NCBI RefSeq assembly: GCF_009914755.1
Contig: NC_060928.1
DNA: 64,000 bases
DNA from: the human T2T-CHM13v2.0 reference genome, Homo sapiens
Reading direction: 5' to 3' (one strand)
Shown here in pieces: positions 59,517 to 64,000 of this stretch (positions are counted from its first letter, which is position 1; each line of letters opens with the position of its first letter). Under the pieces are notes generated by a model. The model saw only the letters and a program-made list of their open reading frames with translations, was not told where the DNA came from and searched no databases. The translations under genes were made by a program, and so were the position numbers.

Positions 59517-59578
59517 AGCTATGTAGTTTCAAATATATTTCTGGAAAGCTATGTAGTTTCAAATATATTTCTGGAAAG
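59517..59578. repeat. Perfect 30-bp tandem duplication
   Basis: agctatgtagtttcaaatatatttctggaa occurs twice back to back. Confidence 0.95.
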
Positions 59579-60429
59579 TTTTCTCAAATTATAGTTTCAA
59601 CATGTTCCACTATTTTGTTTTCTTCTTTGGGTCTCCAATTACACCTGTGTTGGACTTTTTGTTGTTGTTCAAGCACTGTTCTAGCAACAACTTTTTTCTC
59701 TACCTTTTTACCATTTTATTTCATTTTCATTCTCTTAGCCATTTTCATAGCTTTCTCCAAAGACTCTATATTTTCAGTCAAATCTATTCTCCTTTGAAAT
59801 TAAGTCTTTATTTCTAAGCAGATTTTTTTCTAAAATTGTATTCCTAAGTTTAGTCAATTCTCCATTCCCATTTTCCTTTTTATCTATTTCTTTTTGAATG
59901 CCTGGATTTTGTGTAAGGTGTTTTATCATATCTGCCAATGCTTCTTTTAACAATATATAATTCACTTTGAGGTGTTATGATGTACTATTCTTCTGTTTTT
60001 CTGCTTGTTTTGTTTTTAGAGAGAATTTCATATGTCCTATACTCTATTCATTTTGAATTACTTTATATTCCCAAACCAGCAATTACTGTCATATGTAAAA
60101 ACTGTTGTATACAGAGATAATCTGGATGAAAAGAACCCTTATGCTGGTATGGTATAGTTTATTTAATTAGTGGTGCATTTGAATGGTAGAATGGAATGAA
60201 GAGTTGATATGTTTTCAGTTTTGTGATTCTCTTTTGTTTCTACAGGACCCTTAATTTCTTCCTTCTACTTATTAACAAGATTCTAAGTAACAGTCCTTTT
60301 AGCTCACCCTTCTCTTCATTAGAAATGGTACCTTGCCAAGACTGCTACCTCTGGTCCTATGATTTTAAGACTCTTCCTTTTTATTTCCTAGTATCAAGTA
60401 CTCAGACTTCAGGGATTTTTCACAGATTA

Positions 60430-60740
60430 CAGGGATTTTTAGGGAAGTGATATATTATGCATGATACTGTAATGAAGGATACATGACTGTGTATTTGGCA
60501 AATCCACAAAACTGTACAACATACACAAACTGATTCTGATGTAAACTATGAACTTCAGTTAATAATAATGTATCAGCATTTGTTCATCAAATGTAACAAA
60601 TGAAATACACCAATGAAAGGTGTTCTTGGTGAAACTGAGGGTATGGGGGAAAAGTGATTATATGGGAATTCTGTACTTCCTGTTTAGTTCTTTTATAAAC
60701 CTAGATCTGTTCTAGTAATTGAAAATTAAAACAAAACAAA
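60430..60740 (+). mobile_element. L1MC/MD-type 3' end fragment
   Basis: tgtaaactatgaacttcagttaataataatgtatca...atatgggaattctgtacttcc followed by an A-rich tail. Confidence 0.7.
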
Positions 60741-61713
60741 AAATTGAATTAAGTGAAAATCTATTATTTGATTTCATGTTTTTTCCTTTAAAAAGCATTC
60801 AGTAGATGGCACCAGAGATCTTTTAGAATAAGGAATCACTAGATGCACTGTATAATTCATAAAGCTTAGTTCTGATGTTGATACATGCTTTAGAGATGCT
60901 ATTTATTCCTTAATGAATAATGTAATTGATGCTCTGAGAAAGGTGTGTTGAAGACAAATTTAGCTGCAAGTTTTATCATTCAGTAAGTAAATAATCATGG
61001 AAATGCAGGAATGCAGATCTGCAGAATTATGGAGCAACAGTAATTCTACATTATGGGTAAATTTTTAAATTCCAATTCACATTTTGACAACTACAGAGCA
61101 CCTTCATCTGGCACTTCTTTACTACTAGTGAGCAAGTATCTCATTAGTAAAACTGTTTTTCTTCATAGACTAAAAGCATTCACGAAACATGGTATCAAGG
61201 TATTTTAAAATATATTTTATCCTCAGGCTAGAACAGAATAAAGTATTAAGTCTTTCTAAAAAACGGAGGGTGAAAACCAATCAGTTACCCACTATGTAAC
61301 TAACTGCCCACTCACTGGCATTCAAACTGACATACTCAATATGTAGTTTCATAGAGAACAAATGAAACAGTTCTGACTAAAAAAAAGTGATATTATACAG
61401 ATGCCTGGTTATTACATACTTTGCCCATTAATGAAGTCTCAGTATTATATAGGGCCGCTTTGGTAGGTACAGAAGAAGAAAGAAGGAATCAAAGTAACAT
61501 CTGGAGAGAAGACTAAAATGTGTTCTTGTTCTTCCAGATTTAGAATCCAATTTTCAGAAAACTATCAATGATAGCAGTGCTGAAATAATACAAATCAAAT
61601 ATATTAACCATTACTTGCCATTATAGTCTTTTGTAGCTTAGAAAATAACTACTACTTAACATATATTTCCATGAAAAAAAATACTACTCATGAGTTCCAA
61701 ATGAATTAATCAG

Positions 61714-62147
61714 TAACATGGTTTAGATGTTCTGTCCCCTCCAAATCTCATGTTGAAATGTGACCTTCAATGTTGGAGATGGGTCTAGTGGGAGATGTTT
61801 GGGTCATGGGGCCAGATCCCTCAAAGATGGCTTGGTGCTATCCTCAGTAATAAGTGAATTCTCACTCTCTGGGTTCATGTGAGATTTGGTTGTTTTAAAC
61901 AGCCTTGCAGCTTCCCTTTCCCTCCCTCCCTCTTCCTTTCTCTCTTGTTCTTCCTCTCTCACCATGTGATACACTGGCTCCTCCTCCACCTTCTGCCATT
62001 ACTATAAGCTCCCCGAGGCCCTCACCAGAAGCAGATGCTGGCACCACACTTCTTGTGAAGCCTGCAGAACCGTGAGTCAAAATAAACCTCTTTATAAATC
62101 ACCCAGTCTTAGTTATTCCTTTATGGCAATGCAAACAGACTGACACA
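61714..62147 (+). mobile_element. MST-type MaLR solo LTR
   Basis: tggtttagatgttctgtcccctccaaatctcatgttgaaatgtg...cagactgacaca; TSD atcag/atcaa. Confidence 0.9.
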
Positions 62148-64000
62148 ATCAATAAATTTTTAGAGCATAATTTAACTACAGTTGAAAAATAACAAAAATA
62201 TGGAATGAAATTAAGTGTAGGTACACAGTAATTGAAAAGCAATTTTGGAATTAAATCCTCTGAAAGTATATTACACATTACTGGGTAATAAAAAACCATG
62301 ACCACTTAAAGAACTCTGAATTCTCCAGAAATAAATAAGAGTACTAAACTTACAAGAGTAAACTATTCACCTATACCTTTGGAAATACACATTAGAAAAC
62401 ATATAGCTAATGATTTCCAATCTTGTATAATGTAATTCCCTACTTTTAATTCAAAGACATTTTCAATAAGACACAAGTAGCTTGGTGTGGCAATTTTTAT
62501 AAAGAGTAATATCAATTTGATCCAAATATAAAAGAAATTTGTTTGACCTACAGTCTTAGTGCAGATAATTATATGACTTCTTAAGGCTTTTTGAAATGTT
62601 AAAAATAGCTCCTAAACTTTTATCCACTTTTCAGGACCACTAGAATTTTGGAACTACCAGATTTTAGATAAAATCTAATCCAGTCTCATAATGAAAAAAA
62701 AAAAAAAAAAGAAACAAAAATCCAGAAAGATCAAATCAGTGATAGTGGCATAGTGGCATAGTGGCAGGGCGTAGAACACTGGTTTTCCCATCTTCCAGAT
62801 CAGTATTTTTTTTCCACCAGATCATGTGGTCTCACCAACAAAAACAATAAAATGTGTATCACTTCTTATTCAAATCTATTTAGTTCTTGAGTTCACATAG
62901 TTTGAAGAAAAAGTTCAGATAGCAATGGATATTGCAGAATCTGAATCTGTTTGGTTCTTGAATTTTCAATAGCAAGGAATTTATTTGAAAATTTATGTGA
63001 ACTTATTTAATTCCTGAGTTTAGATATTTTATGAGAGGTTAACGGAGAATATTTTGATGCATCACTTTCCTTTTCATGTATGTGTTTCTAATTCTATCCT
63101 TCCCTCCCCTTCCTATTTTTTGCAGTAGGGGTGGCACAATAACTTAGTTTAATTAGAAAAGATCATTTCAGTTTCCCCCAACTCCAAATGTCTCTTCACA
63201 CAGAATATTGCAGGAAGTTCCTAATCACCACCAGCAGTAACATGTACAATAAAGTTGAACAAATATGTAAGTCAATATGCTCAATAGTCATGGGTCATTT
63301 TTTATTATCCTGCAATAGTTTCATAATGCATTACATACATTTTATAATCTATGTAATTTACATATAGGGCTAAAAAATTTATAAAATCACATATATGAGA
63401 TACCCCCATAATCCTTCTGAACAATTCACAGGTATTCATCCCCAGCTTAGGTGGGTCTTTGTTTCTTGTCCCCATTTCTTAATGCCAAAATAACACTGCT
63501 CTGGGTTAACATTTTAGTCATTTCCAAGTTTTCTGAAAAATTTTGCCAACATTCTATTGCAATTGTTTTTCTAGCACATTGTAATATGCTTCCACTGCTA
63601 GATACAACTCAACGAAACAAGCTCTAGCAGCCATACTATATCAGACAACTGGGGAAAAACAGTAAAAAGGCAGTGTCCATTAATAAAAAGTGTTATCTTC
63701 CACAACCATTGTATTATATCATCAAAACCTGGTAATCCCTCAATATAAAGAGTAATATTAATAAATCTAACTTTTTAAAGCATTTGTCACAATAGAATAT
63801 AAGAATAGCAATAATCTGAACTTCTCAAAGTCATAATAAACAACTGATTTTTCACTAATAATTTCATTCTTCCCTTACCGAAACCTCCTGTGATGAAGGG
63901 AATAAATGAAAAACCTTACAGACTTAGATTTCTTCTCCTTTTTCACATCATTCTCCATAGAAACATATTAACAAGTATGCTAGTTAGAACACCAGAAGGG

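Overview
This window is AT-rich primate genomic DNA, almost certainly human, covering the 3' half of LCORL on the minus strand. Two small coding exons (35442-35693 and 12415-12508) carry the tandem CtBP-binding motifs PLDLT and VLDLS. They splice in frame to either of two alternative downstream exons. The proximal one is the pipsqueak-HTH terminal exon (CDS 10067-11099). The distal one is a giant exon starting at 4558 that stays open for about 1519 codons to the window edge; the ORF track misses it because its stop codon lies outside the window. It encodes the PALI2 isoform, with three AT-hooks, a DUF4553/PIP PRC2-binding region and an EED-type KKF methyl-lysine motif. The introns contain a KRT18 processed pseudogene inserted into an HSMAR2-type mariner, and a nested stack of L1, Tigger1, HERV-L and Alu. 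They also contain an unidentified 3'UTR retrocopy and several short templated or tandem duplications. I found no unknown gene system. The best leads are a YCAY cluster and a UG repeat at the isoform switch, a Cys-rich PALI2 segment, and template-switch repair scars. Repeat subfamily names come from recalled consensus sequences, not from a search.
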